Of a DNA stretch of 58,478 nucleotides, positions 17,943 to 28,204 are shown in pieces. This DNA is from a virus (lineage: Duplodnaviria; Caudoviricetes), in the IMG/VR virus record IMGVR_UViG_3300046010_007871, positions 1 to 58,478 of that record. One strand, 5' to 3'. The stretch's first letter is position 1. Each line of letters starts with the position of its first letter. Below the pieces are notes generated by a model, which was not told the origin of the DNA, did not search any database, and saw only the letters and a list, made by a program, of their open reading frames with translations. The position numbers and the translations under genes are program-made.

Positions 17943-18569
17943 TCAGGCCCAAGAGTCCTCGATCGCCGCGAGCACCTGCAAGGTGGTCGGGCTCCACGTG
18001 ATGGGCAGCCACTGCGACCCAGTCCACATGAGGTGCAGATATGCCCACTTTTCCGCGCGAAAGTTGATCGGTGTTCCACCGAAAATGATTGTGGACACAT
18101 GATTGCTAGGAGCGGTGTTGGCCATGTTTACGCTTGCTCGCACAATGCGAAGCACGTGCCCAGTCTTTGGCACAGGTGACGTGCCTAGGATGGTGTAAAT
18201 GCGATTGCCGGTCAGCGTCACCGGAATCATGAGCACGTCACGCGTCGCGCCCTGCACGGTCTGGTCGGCATCGTTGAGCGTAAGCAAGCGAAGGCCGATG
18301 CCAGCGTTGTTGCCGCTGAGTACAACCTGGCCAGTGACCGTCTCGGTGCCGCTGACGTTGAGCGCGCCTGCTACCGCAAGCGTGTTCGATGCGCCGATGG
18401 TGACGCCAGCGCTACCCGCAAGTGTCAACGCGCCGCTCGGGCTGTAGGTGCCGCCTGCGTTGCCATCGATCGCGCGCGACTGGTTCAAATCGATCTGGTT
18501 GATCTGCGCGGCTGTGATGGTGTCGACGTTGTCCGTCCACCCGGTTGGCTTTGCTCGTGAAAACGTCAT
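17943..18569 (-). CDS. Tail fibre-associated protein, paralog A (208 aa)
   Basis: MTFSRAKPTGWTD...SRAIDGNAGG. Confidence 0.65.
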   Translation of the reverse strand: MTFSRAKPTGWTDNVDTITAAQINQIDLNQSRAIDGNAGGTYSPSGALTLAGSAGVTIGASNTLAVAGALNVSGTETVTGQVVLSGNNAGIGLRLLTLNDADQTVQGATRDVLMIPVTLTGNRIYTILGTSPVPKTGHVLRIVRASVNMANTAPSNHVSTIIFGGTPINFRAEKWAYLHLMWTGSQWLPITWSPTTLQVLAAIEDSWA

Positions 18570-18578
18570 CGCATCACC

Positions 18579-19205
18579 TCACGACCACGAATCTTCAATC
18601 GCCAGCGCCAGGTCAATCGTGGTGGGCGACCACTCGACGGGATACCACGCCGAGCCGTCCCACATGATGGACCAAAACGCGAACTTATCCTCGAGCAGAT
18701 CGGTGTTGACTGCTCCACCAAAGTCGATGGTAGCGCGATGGCTGCTGGGCTTTGCGCTAGACAGATCACGCAACGTGCGCACAATCTTGAGCATGTGCCC
18801 CGTGACTGGCACGGGCGAGGTTGCGAGCACCGTATAGATGCGATTGCCCGTCAACGCTGCCGGAATGCGAAACACATCCACCCGACCACCCTGAAACGCA
18901 AGGTCGGAGTCAGACGCATCAAACACGCGCTGCGACAGCTGACCGTTGCCTGACAGCACGAGTCCGCCTGTCTGCGTCTGCGTGCCAGACATCGCGAGCG
19001 TCCCTGCCACTGTCAGCGTGTTGGACGTGGTCACGTTGACGCCAGCCGAGCCGCCGAGCGTGATTCCTACGTTGGGCAGGTACGACCCACCAGCGGAGCC
19101 GTCGAGCGCACGCGAGATGTTGACGTCGACCTGGTTGAGCTGCGGCGCAGTGATGGCGTCCACACCATCGGTCCAGCCTGCAGGTAGTGCGCGCGTGAAC
19201 GTCAT
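18579..19205 (-). CDS. Tail fibre-associated protein, paralog B (208 aa)
   Basis: MTFTRALPAGWTD...SRALDGSAGG; ATGA overlap. Confidence 0.65.
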   Translation of the reverse strand: MTFTRALPAGWTDGVDAITAPQLNQVDVNISRALDGSAGGSYLPNVGITLGGSAGVNVTTSNTLTVAGTLAMSGTQTQTGGLVLSGNGQLSQRVFDASDSDLAFQGGRVDVFRIPAALTGNRIYTVLATSPVPVTGHMLKIVRTLRDLSSAKPSSHRATIDFGGAVNTDLLEDKFAFWSIMWDGSAWYPVEWSPTTIDLALAIEDSWS

Positions 19206-19855
19206 ACGAACGTACTCCCAACGATTCCGACGCCAGCGATAAACGACGACCCGACGCCGATGCGATAGGACATCCAAGCCGGAATCATGCCGTCAATGAG
19301 CTCGGCGGCTCGAGCCTTTTGCTGCAGGAACTCGGTGTCAGTGAGTGCGCCCTGTTGCACTTGCACGCCGACGATGGCGCGGTTGCTGGTCCACTCGAAT
19401 CCAGGTGGACCTGGATTGACGCCTGGCCAGTACACGACCTCGCCAGCCACTGGCACAAACACCAGCTGCACGAAGCTCGCGCCTAGCAGCTCCTCAAGCG
19501 CCGCGCTCATGTCGCCTACGGTCACGCCGATGAGACCACGCAGCCGCGAAGCCACGCGAGCCCTGCGCACCTGCACGCCATCGCTCGAGCTAGGACGGGT
19601 GCGACACGCCGTCTCCCACGACGTCAGCGTCTCGAGCATGCGCGCTGGGATGAGCGAGCACCGCGCGCGCCCAGCTGCCACCCACGCCACAGTCACGCCA
19701 AGCGCCTGCGCCAGCGCCTCGGGGTAGACCTCGGAGTCGGCGGTCACGTCGAGGTACGGCGTGAGCGCGTCAAGCAACGCCTCGTGCTCGAGCTCGACAG
19801 TGTGTTTCTGCCCGCCCCAGCGGCGAGGAAACGGAGAGCGGCCCCACCTAGCCAT
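19202..19855 (-). CDS. Baseplate wedge protein (Mu gp48/YmfQ-like)
   Basis: ETLTSWE...RRARVASRL...MIPAW; follows baseplate J. Confidence 0.55.
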   Translation of the reverse strand: MARWGRSPFPRRWGGQKHTVELEHEALLDALTPYLDVTADSEVYPEALAQALGVTVAWVAAGRARCSLIPARMLETLTSWETACRTRPSSSDGVQVRRARVASRLRGLIGVTVGDMSAALEELLGASFVQLVFVPVAGEVVYWPGVNPGPPGFEWTSNRAIVGVQVQQGALTDTEFLQQKARAAELIDGMIPAWMSYRIGVGSSFIAGVGIVGSTFV

Positions 19856-19858
19856 GGG

Positions 19859-20341
19859 TCACCAGGCCACCACGCCGACCTTGGTGCCAGCGGTGTAGTC
19901 TACCAGGGTGCCTGCCATGTCGAACGTGTAGACCGTCGCCACGGCGCCGGAAACGGTGCATTGCACCACGCCTGGCACCGTGCCGCTCTCGACGGTGCCG
20001 ATGGCCTTGAACAACGAGAACGTCTCAGTGATGTTGAGCCCGTCGAGGTAGCTCGTCGAAAACGTCGCCGTGTAGGTGCCAGTGCCGGTGCGCGTCACCA
20101 CCGGCTTGGTGCTCGCGCCGAGACCGTACTGCTGGCGACAGTTGACGTTGGCCGCCGAGACCGTGCCCGAGGCCACGCATAGGAAGTCGAACACCGCCTT
20201 GGGGCTCGTGCGCGTGCCCTGCGCGGTGTCCTCCGCGTGCCGGTTGTAATCGTCGGCTGGCTGCTCGTTTACAGGGTTTTCGACGGGCAACGCGTCCTGG
20301 TATGGCGCGCCGTACGTGGTGAGGTCTCGCGGTAGCGTCAT
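19859..20341 (-). CDS. Virion structural protein (hypothetical)
   Basis: RTGTGTYTATF motif; tail context. Confidence 0.55.
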   Translation of the reverse strand: MTLPRDLTTYGAPYQDALPVENPVNEQPADDYNRHAEDTAQGTRTSPKAVFDFLCVASGTVSAANVNCRQQYGLGASTKPVVTRTGTGTYTATFSTSYLDGLNITETFSLFKAIGTVESGTVPGVVQCTVSGAVATVYTFDMAGTLVDYTAGTKVGVVAW

Positions 20342-20345
20342 GGCG

Positions 20346-21875
20346 TCACGTCGTGGGCCGCAGCGCGGCGTGGGCTAGGGTGATGATCTCTGGTGGCTGG
20401 CTCGTCGTCGCTGGCACCACGGGGCTCGTGCGCGGCGTGCTGGTGCCTTCATCTACTCGAGCGAGCCACGATACGTCCTCGATCTCGTCGAAGTTGCCAT
20501 CGAGGTCGCTGAGCACCTGCGAGCTCAAGTTGGCAGGGTTAGCCACGTCGATTGCTGGCTGTCTGCGACCACGAGGCAAGATGTCCGTGCTCGTTGTTTT
20601 TTCGCCAGGTCCCAACGCTCGGATGCTCTGCGCGATGCGTAGCCCGTAGTCTAGGATGCGCGTTGCATCGGGCGACACGTAGCTGTTGAGCGGCGAGACG
20701 GTGAACCCGCCGTTGACCTGGATCTGCCAGGCCGATGCGCTGCCTGCCACGTTGGTCACGACGTACTGACGGAAACCACCGAACGCCCCCGTGATGCCGT
20801 TGATCGTCACCACCTTGGCCGCGTCCCAGATCGCGATGTGCTGGCCCACCACTGGTGCAATCACGGTGCGCACGTAGGCCGTCGAGCCGATGAGACCGAT
20901 GACCTTGCCATCGTCACCACCCATGATGAACGTGCCTCGAGGCCACGGCGAAGCGTCAAGCCAGCCTCCACCGCTGCCACCTGCCGTGATGGCGTACGGA
21001 AGGCTGATGCCGATGAGAACGTCGACGCGGCGTGGCGTGACGGTCGTCACGTTGACCGACTCGTGCCCAGGTAGCTGCGAGGTGATGTAGCTCGCAACGC
21101 TCGAGACGTATTGAGCGTCGACGGTGCGGTTTGCCGCCGTGCTGGCCAGCGCCACGTCGATGCTTGCTGGCCCTCGCACGGCAGCGTAGACGTACGCCTT
21201 TTCGACGGCTGCCGTGGTGGTCTCGGCCCAGGCCTTGACCTGCGCGACGTTGCCGCCTCCCTGCGGAAACGACAGCCGATCAAAAAGTCTCTGGCGTAGC
21301 ACCTCCTCGGAGTCCGCATCGCTGCCGCCAGTCAGCCCACCGCTCACCGTGCACGTGGGGAGCAAGAACCCGATCGACGCGCTGTCCCACGTGCACGCCA
21401 CACCCGCACCAAGGTTGCTCGAGGCGCCACCCTCTTGCGCGATGACAGGCACGAGAGCGCCGTTGGCCACCGATACGCTGGTGCCAGTGGTCTGGTACTT
21501 GATGCCGCTCGGGCTAGTGAGCACGTAGCCCGCGGGGATGGTCACAGTGCCCGACGAGACCTGGATCGCCACGTTGCCCGCTGCGGGGCTCGCCTCGCGC
21601 CTGGTGACGCCGTAGACGCTCGCCAGGTCCTCGAGATACTGACCCGTGGCCTCGGTCGGCGAGAGCTGCGCGATGGTCGCCTGCAAGTTGGCGAACGCGA
21701 TGCTCACGCGCTTGGAGATGGCGTCGTGCCGGATGTAGTGGTCGCTACCCGGCAGCACGTTAGCCGAGATGCCACGCCGCGCAAAGCCGAGCACGACGGT
21801 GCGCAGCAGCGCCGCGCGCAGCTCGGACGGTGTCGGGTAGTTGGCTTGGTCGACCGCAGGAAGCGTCATGGTCAC
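20346..21875 (-). CDS. Baseplate J-like protein (Mu gp47)
   Basis: ATGQYLE...YGVTRREA, GGSDADSEEVLRQRL...GGG...WA...RGPASIDV. Confidence 0.9.
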   Translation of the reverse strand: MTMTLPAVDQANYPTPSELRAALLRTVVLGFARRGISANVLPGSDHYIRHDAISKRVSIAFANLQATIAQLSPTEATGQYLEDLASVYGVTRREASPAAGNVAIQVSSGTVTIPAGYVLTSPSGIKYQTTGTSVSVANGALVPVIAQEGGASSNLGAGVACTWDSASIGFLLPTCTVSGGLTGGSDADSEEVLRQRLFDRLSFPQGGGNVAQVKAWAETTTAAVEKAYVYAAVRGPASIDVALASTAANRTVDAQYVSSVASYITSQLPGHESVNVTTVTPRRVDVLIGISLPYAITAGGSGGGWLDASPWPRGTFIMGGDDGKVIGLIGSTAYVRTVIAPVVGQHIAIWDAAKVVTINGITGAFGGFRQYVVTNVAGSASAWQIQVNGGFTVSPLNSYVSPDATRILDYGLRIAQSIRALGPGEKTTSTDILPRGRRQPAIDVANPANLSSQVLSDLDGNFDEIEDVSWLARVDEGTSTPRTSPVVPATTSQPPEIITLAHAALRPTT

Positions 21876-22300
21876 TCACTCAGGGCCGCAAGGGCCGTCT
21901 GTTTCGTGCGGGTCTTGAGGTTGGTGAATGCGATGCGCGCGGCGAGCTGGCCTGCGCGCTCCGATACGACGTCGATGGTGTCGAGCGTGATGGATCGCTC
22001 GACGTTGATCATGTCGCTCAGCGCTGCGATGACGGCCTCTCGGATGCTCGAGATAGCCCGCGGCGTAATCTTCGGCGGCACTCGCACGGCACCGCTCACG
22101 AGCAGCACCACGCGCTGGCCTGTGTCGTCCATGCCCTCGAATCCGCCCTGCGCGTTGCCCACGTAGCGCTGCGTCACGAAGTCAATCCGCCTCGAGCTCG
22201 TCAGCGTCGTCGGTGGCTTCGCGTTGGCTGCCTCTGGCACGGCGTACCCTGCCGTAACCACGCCGAACGGACCCACGCCCATGGCCGAGTAGATGCTCAT
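21872..22300 (-). CDS. Baseplate protein (gp25/Mu gp46-like)
   Basis: Size and position between spike and J. Confidence 0.5.
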   Translation of the reverse strand: MSIYSAMGVGPFGVVTAGYAVPEAANAKPPTTLTSSRRIDFVTQRYVGNAQGGFEGMDDTGQRVVLLVSGAVRVPPKITPRAISSIREAVIAALSDMINVERSITLDTIDVVSERAGQLAARIAFTNLKTRTKQTALAALSE

Positions 22301-22986
22301 GGCAGCGCGTACACCCTCGTCGAGGGCACCGTGCCAGGCCCCGACTGGATAGCGACAGGCAGCAGAGCGCCAGATGGCGCGCCCGCAGTCACCTCGAACA
22401 CAGGCACCCCGCCAAACGTCACGGTGACGTTGCCGCTAGGTGCGATGGTTAGCTCGGTGGCGCCCACGGCTGCAGTGATACCAGAGCTCGCGCTCACTGT
22501 CGCGGTCGAGCTGCCTGCTGTCACCGTCGTCGAGTCGCCGCTGATGCTCACGCTTGTTGCCTGCGCGTTCTCGAGCAGGATGGTATCGTTTGGCCCGTCG
22601 AGCACCACCTGCACGGGGGTGCCCGCGTTCTCGGTGTAGAGTTCGACCACCTCGCTCTGCTTGACGATGCGGATACGCGGCGCGCCATCGGTCACGATGG
22701 CTCGGTCACCTGGAGCTAGCGCACCAGCTCGCGTTGCGATGCGATTGTCGCGGCACGCAAACACGCGCTTCATGTTGCCGTCGACCAGGTACAGCGCGCG
22801 GCATGCCGAGCCCTGCGACGCCGCGTTGGGTACAGCGATGTACCCATCGGGACCCCACATCGCTGCATCTGCGCCCCAGCCGTCGCCATCGATGCTGTCG
22901 CCGATCGTGACATAGACCTCGCCAGATGAAACCTGCGAGCCGAGCACATCCGAGATGTCGGTGAGGTAATCTGCGTTGCGCGGCAT
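22297..22986 (-). CDS. Baseplate spike (Mu gp45/gpV-like)
   Basis: GYIAVP...CRDNR...LAPGD followed by beta-helix-like repeats. Confidence 0.7.
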   Translation of the reverse strand: MPRNADYLTDISDVLGSQVSSGEVYVTIGDSIDGDGWGADAAMWGPDGYIAVPNAASQGSACRALYLVDGNMKRVFACRDNRIATRAGALAPGDRAIVTDGAPRIRIVKQSEVVELYTENAGTPVQVVLDGPNDTILLENAQATSVSISGDSTTVTAGSSTATVSASSGITAAVGATELTIAPSGNVTVTFGGVPVFEVTAGAPSGALLPVAIQSGPGTVPSTRVYALP

Positions 22987-22987
22987 G

Positions 22988-23473
22988 TTATGCCCCCACC
23001 TGGAGCGCCGACCAGATGTCGATCCACTGGATGGCGAAGTCGGAAGGTCGCTGAATGTAGAAGTGCAGGTATTTGCACACCGTGTCGAGCTTGGCCTGGC
23101 TGTCGATCGGGTCTTGACCGAACGGCCCCACGATGCTGCCAAACTCGGCGATGCCCGCGGCGCTCACCGAAATCTCCCACCCCCCGATGCTGGCGGGATC
23201 TTCGATGAGCGTGAACAGTGGCGACGAGCTCTCGCGACGCTGCGAGAGATACGCTCGGTATGCAGGCGGTCCGGCTACGTTGCCCGAGATGTAAAACACC
23301 AACGGAAACGAGAACGGCACCGTCGGCGCGCGCGTCGGCAGGTTGGTGAATCCTGCGTCGAAGCCGTTGGCTCGCACGAGACTCGACGGATACACCTCGT
23401 ATCCATCGTTTCCGATGACCTTGCTCTGCGAGAACGCGTAGCGGAAATCGCTATAGCTGTTCAGGATCGCCAT
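22988..23473 (-). CDS. Hypothetical protein between hub and spike
   Basis: GAGG RBS; fills the gap exactly. Confidence 0.55.
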   Translation of the reverse strand: MAILNSYSDFRYAFSQSKVIGNDGYEVYPSSLVRANGFDAGFTNLPTRAPTVPFSFPLVFYISGNVAGPPAYRAYLSQRRESSSPLFTLIEDPASIGGWEISVSAAGIAEFGSIVGPFGQDPIDSQAKLDTVCKYLHFYIQRPSDFAIQWIDIWSALQVGA

Positions 23474-23480
23474 GGTTGCC

Positions 23481-24668
23481 TCACTGTGGGATCTCGCCGA
23501 GCACCAGCGCTCCGAGCGGGATGAGCTTCAAGCGTGTACGCTGGCCAGAGTTGCGATCTTGCGAGAGCTCTCGCTCGAGCACGTACATGGGCTCGTTAAT
23601 ACCAAATGCCTCGCACACGACGTTCGCCACCGTGTCCACCTGCCACACTGCGCCCGTCGCCGACACAATACCAGGCACCTCGCACGTAAACTGGTATGCG
23701 CTCACCGCTGGCAAGCTAAGCGCAAGCGTGGCGATGTTTTGGCTGCGCTGGATGTCGCGCGCTGTCTTGTCCTTGATGATGCGTGGCTTGCTTAGCTGAA
23801 AGGTCGACGAGTACGCGCTGCGAGCTGGGAGCGCGCTTGCTGGCACTGTGACGTCAGGCTCTGCCACCGTTTGCACTGCCTGCTTCTCGGCGCGGGTTCC
23901 ACGCACGCGCACCTCGGAGAACTGTCCGTCATTCGTGGAGGTGTCGCTGCACGAAAGCATGACGTCGGCGTCGACCGGATATCGCCCGTTGAAGCTCTGC
24001 GCCACGGTGTAGAGCGGCGCCTGTGTGTAGTCAGGCGCGCAAACGAGTAGCTTGCCATCGTAGCTCTGACGCAGCACCACGCCGAGTCGATTGACGATGC
24101 GCGCGCAGAACGCATAGGCCGTCTCGCCCTCTTGCGCCTGACAATCTTGGTGCTTGAGCGCTGGCACCGGCACGCCTGTGCCTCGGCCTGATACCGGCTT
24201 GCCACTCGCCGCAAACACGCTCGCCGTGTTGTCGCCGATGACAGTGCCGAAGCCGAACGGAGCCATCACCTGGAGAATCAGATCGGCGACAGGCACATCG
24301 GTTGTTGCGCTAAAGGTCAGGCGCGGGTTGACGCTGGCCTCGTACGCGGCATGGAGCAGCGTCTTGGCAGTGCACGAGAACACCACGCCGTTTTGCCGCG
24401 ACAGGTTGCGGCTCACGCTCGAGATGACGTAGGCACCCTGAACAGCGCCGTTCACGTAGATCAGCACGAGCTTGCCCTTGACCAGAAGCTGATTGACGCT
24501 GGGCAGCATGTCGCGCGTCGGGATCGTCTCGAATGACAGATCGCCCACCGGGTCAGTGAACGTTTCGCGCAGCGAGAACGATATCCACGAATCGATGACG
24601 ATCTGCTGGTCATCAAACGCGCGCATCTCGACGACGACGCGCTGTCCGCTGTAGGTTTGCGTGGCCAT
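23481..24668 (-). CDS. Baseplate hub (Mu gp44/gpP-like)
   Basis: QEGETAYAFCAR...G...DGKL, FSEVRVRG, WQVDTVANV. Confidence 0.8.
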   Translation of the reverse strand: MATQTYSGQRVVVEMRAFDDQQIVIDSWISFSLRETFTDPVGDLSFETIPTRDMLPSVNQLLVKGKLVLIYVNGAVQGAYVISSVSRNLSRQNGVVFSCTAKTLLHAAYEASVNPRLTFSATTDVPVADLILQVMAPFGFGTVIGDNTASVFAASGKPVSGRGTGVPVPALKHQDCQAQEGETAYAFCARIVNRLGVVLRQSYDGKLLVCAPDYTQAPLYTVAQSFNGRYPVDADVMLSCSDTSTNDGQFSEVRVRGTRAEKQAVQTVAEPDVTVPASALPARSAYSSTFQLSKPRIIKDKTARDIQRSQNIATLALSLPAVSAYQFTCEVPGIVSATGAVWQVDTVANVVCEAFGINEPMYVLERELSQDRNSGQRTRLKLIPLGALVLGEIPQ

Positions 24669-25552
24669 CAGCCGCCGTAGAACGCGAGCGACGTGCCCGC
24701 CTTGATGATGGGCCCAGTCACCAGGCCCGAGTTCAGGCCAAGCGCATCCTCGAACGTGTTGCCGTAGAGCTTCGCAAACGCGTCAAGCGAGATGTCGTTG
24801 GGCAAGGTGATCTGCTGGACATTGCGGTAGTTCTGCGAGGCGCCAGTGGCAGCCTGCGCGCGCAAGCCCATCGTCAGGCACTCGGACAGCCACTCGACCG
24901 GCACGTCGCGCAACAAGTCCTTGACTGCCACTTGCAGCGAGACGGTGTCGGCGTAGCCAGCGATTCGCTCGGCCTCGCGCGTATAGTCCAGGCTCTGCGT
25001 TGGCAACGTGCTCAAGTTGTTCACCGCGAGCTCGAACGACTCGAACCCAAGGCCCTCTGGCACGCTATAGCCCGTAAGCTGCATCGCCTGGTCGAGTGCC
25101 TTGCCGTACACCTTCGGCGAGAGCTCGGAGCCTGGCAGGCGCACCGTCAGCTCGGTCGGGTCGAAGAAGCTCTCGACCCACGTCACTTGCAGCGTGATGC
25201 CTCCACGGTCCTTCGACGGGTCGACAGTGGCCGACCACGTCATGACGCGGGCGAACATGTTGCCCAGCACCGGATGCGATAGGCCGTCGATCTTGCCGTT
25301 CTCGAGCGAGTCTAGCCACTTCTCCAGCCTTGCTGGAAGCAGGTCAGATGCGATGGTGTTATTGAACACCAGCGTCGCGCGGATGCTGTACGGCGTGCGG
25401 CCAGTGTTGTCGTGTGCGGCGCCGTCAACGTACGGATACTTGCGCTCGGCTTGGTCATGCCCTCCGTCGAATGACGTTTCAAGGCACGGCGCTGTAAGCG
25501 CGCCCCACGTGATCTCTTGGAGATTGCCGATCCAATCGTATGCGCCGGACAT
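24668..25552 (-). CDS. Mu-like DNA circularisation protein (DNA_circ_N)
   Basis: GHDQAERKYPYVDG...TGR, GLSHPVLG. Confidence 0.8.
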   Translation of the reverse strand: MSGAYDWIGNLQEITWGALTAPCLETSFDGGHDQAERKYPYVDGAAHDNTGRTPYSIRATLVFNNTIASDLLPARLEKWLDSLENGKIDGLSHPVLGNMFARVMTWSATVDPSKDRGGITLQVTWVESFFDPTELTVRLPGSELSPKVYGKALDQAMQLTGYSVPEGLGFESFELAVNNLSTLPTQSLDYTREAERIAGYADTVSLQVAVKDLLRDVPVEWLSECLTMGLRAQAATGASQNYRNVQQITLPNDISLDAFAKLYGNTFEDALGLNSGLVTGPIIKAGTSLAFYGG

Positions 25553-25554
25553 GA

Positions 25555-27834
25555 TTAGCCGCCTCCCAAGGCAATGGCGCTACCAGTGATATTTGCCTTG
25601 CCAGCTGCGCCGACTGTCTGAAGCGCAGTCGCTGCCGCGTTTGCGGCTTGCATGAGCTTGTCGAGGGATGCTGCGTCAAGTTCTTCAGTTGGCGCAAAAC
25701 CAAGCGCCTTTTGCTGTGCACCGCTGGCCATCAAACTACGTTCCGAGATGAGTCGATCCACTAGCGCGGAAGCTTGGTCCGTCTCTTGGCCACCCGTCAT
25801 TTTTTGACCAAGCGCTCGACCAATCATTGTTGCTGGATTGATCGACTCACTCAGTGTGGGCGTCATGCTGCCAGTGGTTGCGATTCGCTCAAACGTGGTT
25901 CGTGCGCGCGATTCGAGCATCGAACGTTGCATGTCGCCCATGTCGGCGCCGCCCATCGCTGCGGTATATTTGGCGATGAAGTCCTTTTGAGACAGGAACT
26001 CCTTGCCGCCGCCTTTGCCAGTTGCAGCAGATGCGCCAGCTAGAGTGCCGGTCGACATCTTGCCTTGTATTTGTGCAATTTTGCCAGTGGCTTCCATGTG
26101 TGCAATCATGGCAGCAGCTTTTTCCTCTGGTGTCTTTGCCGCAGCCAGTTTGCGACCAGCCTTCTCTTGCTCCTTCTTTGCAACCTCCATCTGCTTGTCT
26201 AGCGATGGTCGTTTCTTCTCAAATCCAAGCATTTCGGCAAAGTCCGAAAACGCTTGCATGTTTTCCGAGATGACGTCAGCCGCAAACTCGAACGCATCAA
26301 TCATTGCGTCGAGAGCACCGCTCTCTTCAAGCTTCGTAAATGCATCAGCCAATGCTGGGAGTACTCGATCCGTAACTTTTCCAGTCGCTTTTTCCCAAGC
26401 TGCTGTGATCTTTGCGCTTGTGGATTGCTGCGCCGCAGTTGCCGCTTCTTCGATGGTGTTGCGCGCGTTTGTAACGTTGGCCGCTTCTTCCAGCTGTTTC
26501 CTAACGGCTTCACCAGCCTTGTTTAGGTCTTTGCTGCGTTTCATCTCCTCATTGAATACATCCGAAAGGATATTGATGATCGGGTCCGCCTGAGCTCCGA
26601 ACATCTTTCCGAGTTGCGTCTTGTTGCCCTCGGTTTTCTTGAAGGACTCCACCAACACGTCGTTGGTGTTGCGCAGTTGCCTACCCTTAGAGCCTGCAAC
26701 AAACACATCCACGCCAGACTTTTGGAACACGTCGGCGTGTGAGGTCATAGCGCGGAACAGGTTTTCGACGGCGGAGGTGGCTTGCTCTGCGGAACCACCG
26801 CCACGTCTCGCAATCTGCGCAAGCGCACCGACCTGAGCCACACCCCTGACGGTTTTGTCTACGTTGGCGCCTGCAGCGGCTGCGCTAATGCGGCCCATAA
26901 GCGACGCCATGTCCTTTAGCTCAAACTGGCCTTGTGCGCCTTGAATGGCGAGCACTGACAGCGCATCAGCCATATCCTCCGCGCCTTTGATGTCCATGTT
27001 GTTTGACAGTGCCGCCGCTGCTTCGGCCACATCTTGAATCTCTGCACCTGCGGCGCTGGCGACAGTGGCCAGACTCTTGAGTGTACTCACGTCGAGCACT
27101 TGCCCCGTAGCGCCTTGGAAGGCCAACGTGGCCTCGGCCAAACCCTTTGCGGTCTGCCCTGGCATCTCGCCCGCGGCCTCGTACATGTTCTGCCGGATGG
27201 TGCGTGCGTCTAGCATCTTGCCGCCAGACAGGCGCGAGTTGATGGCGATTCGACGAGCCATCTCGTCGACCTCCATGCCTTGGGCCGTCATGCTGCCGAT
27301 CGTGGCTACGCCAGCCATCAGACCGGCACCAGCTGCGCCTACCGCAGCCATGCCGAGGTCGCCCATCAGAGCTCGACGCGACTCGGCTCTTGCCTCACGA
27401 GCGCGATCCATTTTGGCCTGTGCCTTGGCTACCTCTCGCGCTCTTGCCTTGGCCGTAGCTTCTGCGGCTTTGACCTCGGCCTTCGCGGAGCGCTCACGCT
27501 CGCGTTCGGATGCCTTGCGAGCCTTGTCCTCGGCGCGTGCCTTGTCTCGTGACGCGCGGGCTTGCTCTCTCTCAATCTCTCGCAGCACGGCCTTCTCGCG
27601 CCCTACACGAGGGTCCGTTGCGGCTGGGCCAGCTCCAGCCCCACCTGCGCCTGCGCCACCGCCACGAGGCGCGCCAGGGCCACCAGCGCCTGCTGCACCC
27701 ATAGAGGCTCGCATGCGCTTAGCGGCACGCTCGGCGCGCACGGCTGCGTCCTCTGCGGCCTTGCTAATGCCCTTGTAGGCCGCGACCACCGAGTCGGCGC
27801 CCGACGCGATGAACTGATAGCGGATGACAGCCAT
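25555..27834 (-). CDS. Tape measure protein
   Basis: Long Ala-rich helical protein with GQFELKDMA; tail position. Confidence 0.85.
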   Translation of the reverse strand: MAVIRYQFIASGADSVVAAYKGISKAAEDAAVRAERAAKRMRASMGAAGAGGPGAPRGGGAGAGGAGAGPAATDPRVGREKAVLREIEREQARASRDKARAEDKARKASERERERSAKAEVKAAEATAKARAREVAKAQAKMDRAREARAESRRALMGDLGMAAVGAAGAGLMAGVATIGSMTAQGMEVDEMARRIAINSRLSGGKMLDARTIRQNMYEAAGEMPGQTAKGLAEATLAFQGATGQVLDVSTLKSLATVASAAGAEIQDVAEAAAALSNNMDIKGAEDMADALSVLAIQGAQGQFELKDMASLMGRISAAAAGANVDKTVRGVAQVGALAQIARRGGGSAEQATSAVENLFRAMTSHADVFQKSGVDVFVAGSKGRQLRNTNDVLVESFKKTEGNKTQLGKMFGAQADPIINILSDVFNEEMKRSKDLNKAGEAVRKQLEEAANVTNARNTIEEAATAAQQSTSAKITAAWEKATGKVTDRVLPALADAFTKLEESGALDAMIDAFEFAADVISENMQAFSDFAEMLGFEKKRPSLDKQMEVAKKEQEKAGRKLAAAKTPEEKAAAMIAHMEATGKIAQIQGKMSTGTLAGASAATGKGGGKEFLSQKDFIAKYTAAMGGADMGDMQRSMLESRARTTFERIATTGSMTPTLSESINPATMIGRALGQKMTGGQETDQASALVDRLISERSLMASGAQQKALGFAPTEELDAASLDKLMQAANAAATALQTVGAAGKANITGSAIALGGG

Positions 27835-27835
27835 G

Positions 27836-28195
27836 TCACTTCACCAGCTTATCGAGCGCCCGTTGCACGGCAGGCACAGCTCGAGCCGATAGGTCGTCGA
27901 TATTCATGAGGCCACGGTCGTTCACGTAGCTCGCGTAGGCCATGCTGCCTTTCGGGTTTGGTGCAAACGGACCTGCAACGAACTCCACCGCAGGGTCGGA
28001 CACGTCGAGCGCCTTGACGAGCGTACTGGCCTCGAGATAGCCGGTTCGGTTTTGATAGCCATGGGACCGCCTTGCCTGCTCCGCAAACGGAGCCACGGCC
28101 TCGAACATCGCGCGCTCGACGCTGGCGTGCGAGAGCGCCTTGATCGCGTCGCGCGCCTCGCTGACCACGTCCGACATGTCGACCTTGACGATCAC
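27836..28195 (-). CDS. HK97 gp10-like neck/tail completion protein
   Basis: NRTGYLEAS and YASYVN motifs. Confidence 0.55.
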   Translation of the reverse strand: MIVKVDMSDVVSEARDAIKALSHASVERAMFEAVAPFAEQARRSHGYQNRTGYLEASTLVKALDVSDPAVEFVAGPFAPNPKGSMAYASYVNDRGLMNIDDLSARAVPAVQRALDKLVK

Positions 28196-28204
28196 GCTGC
28201 CACC

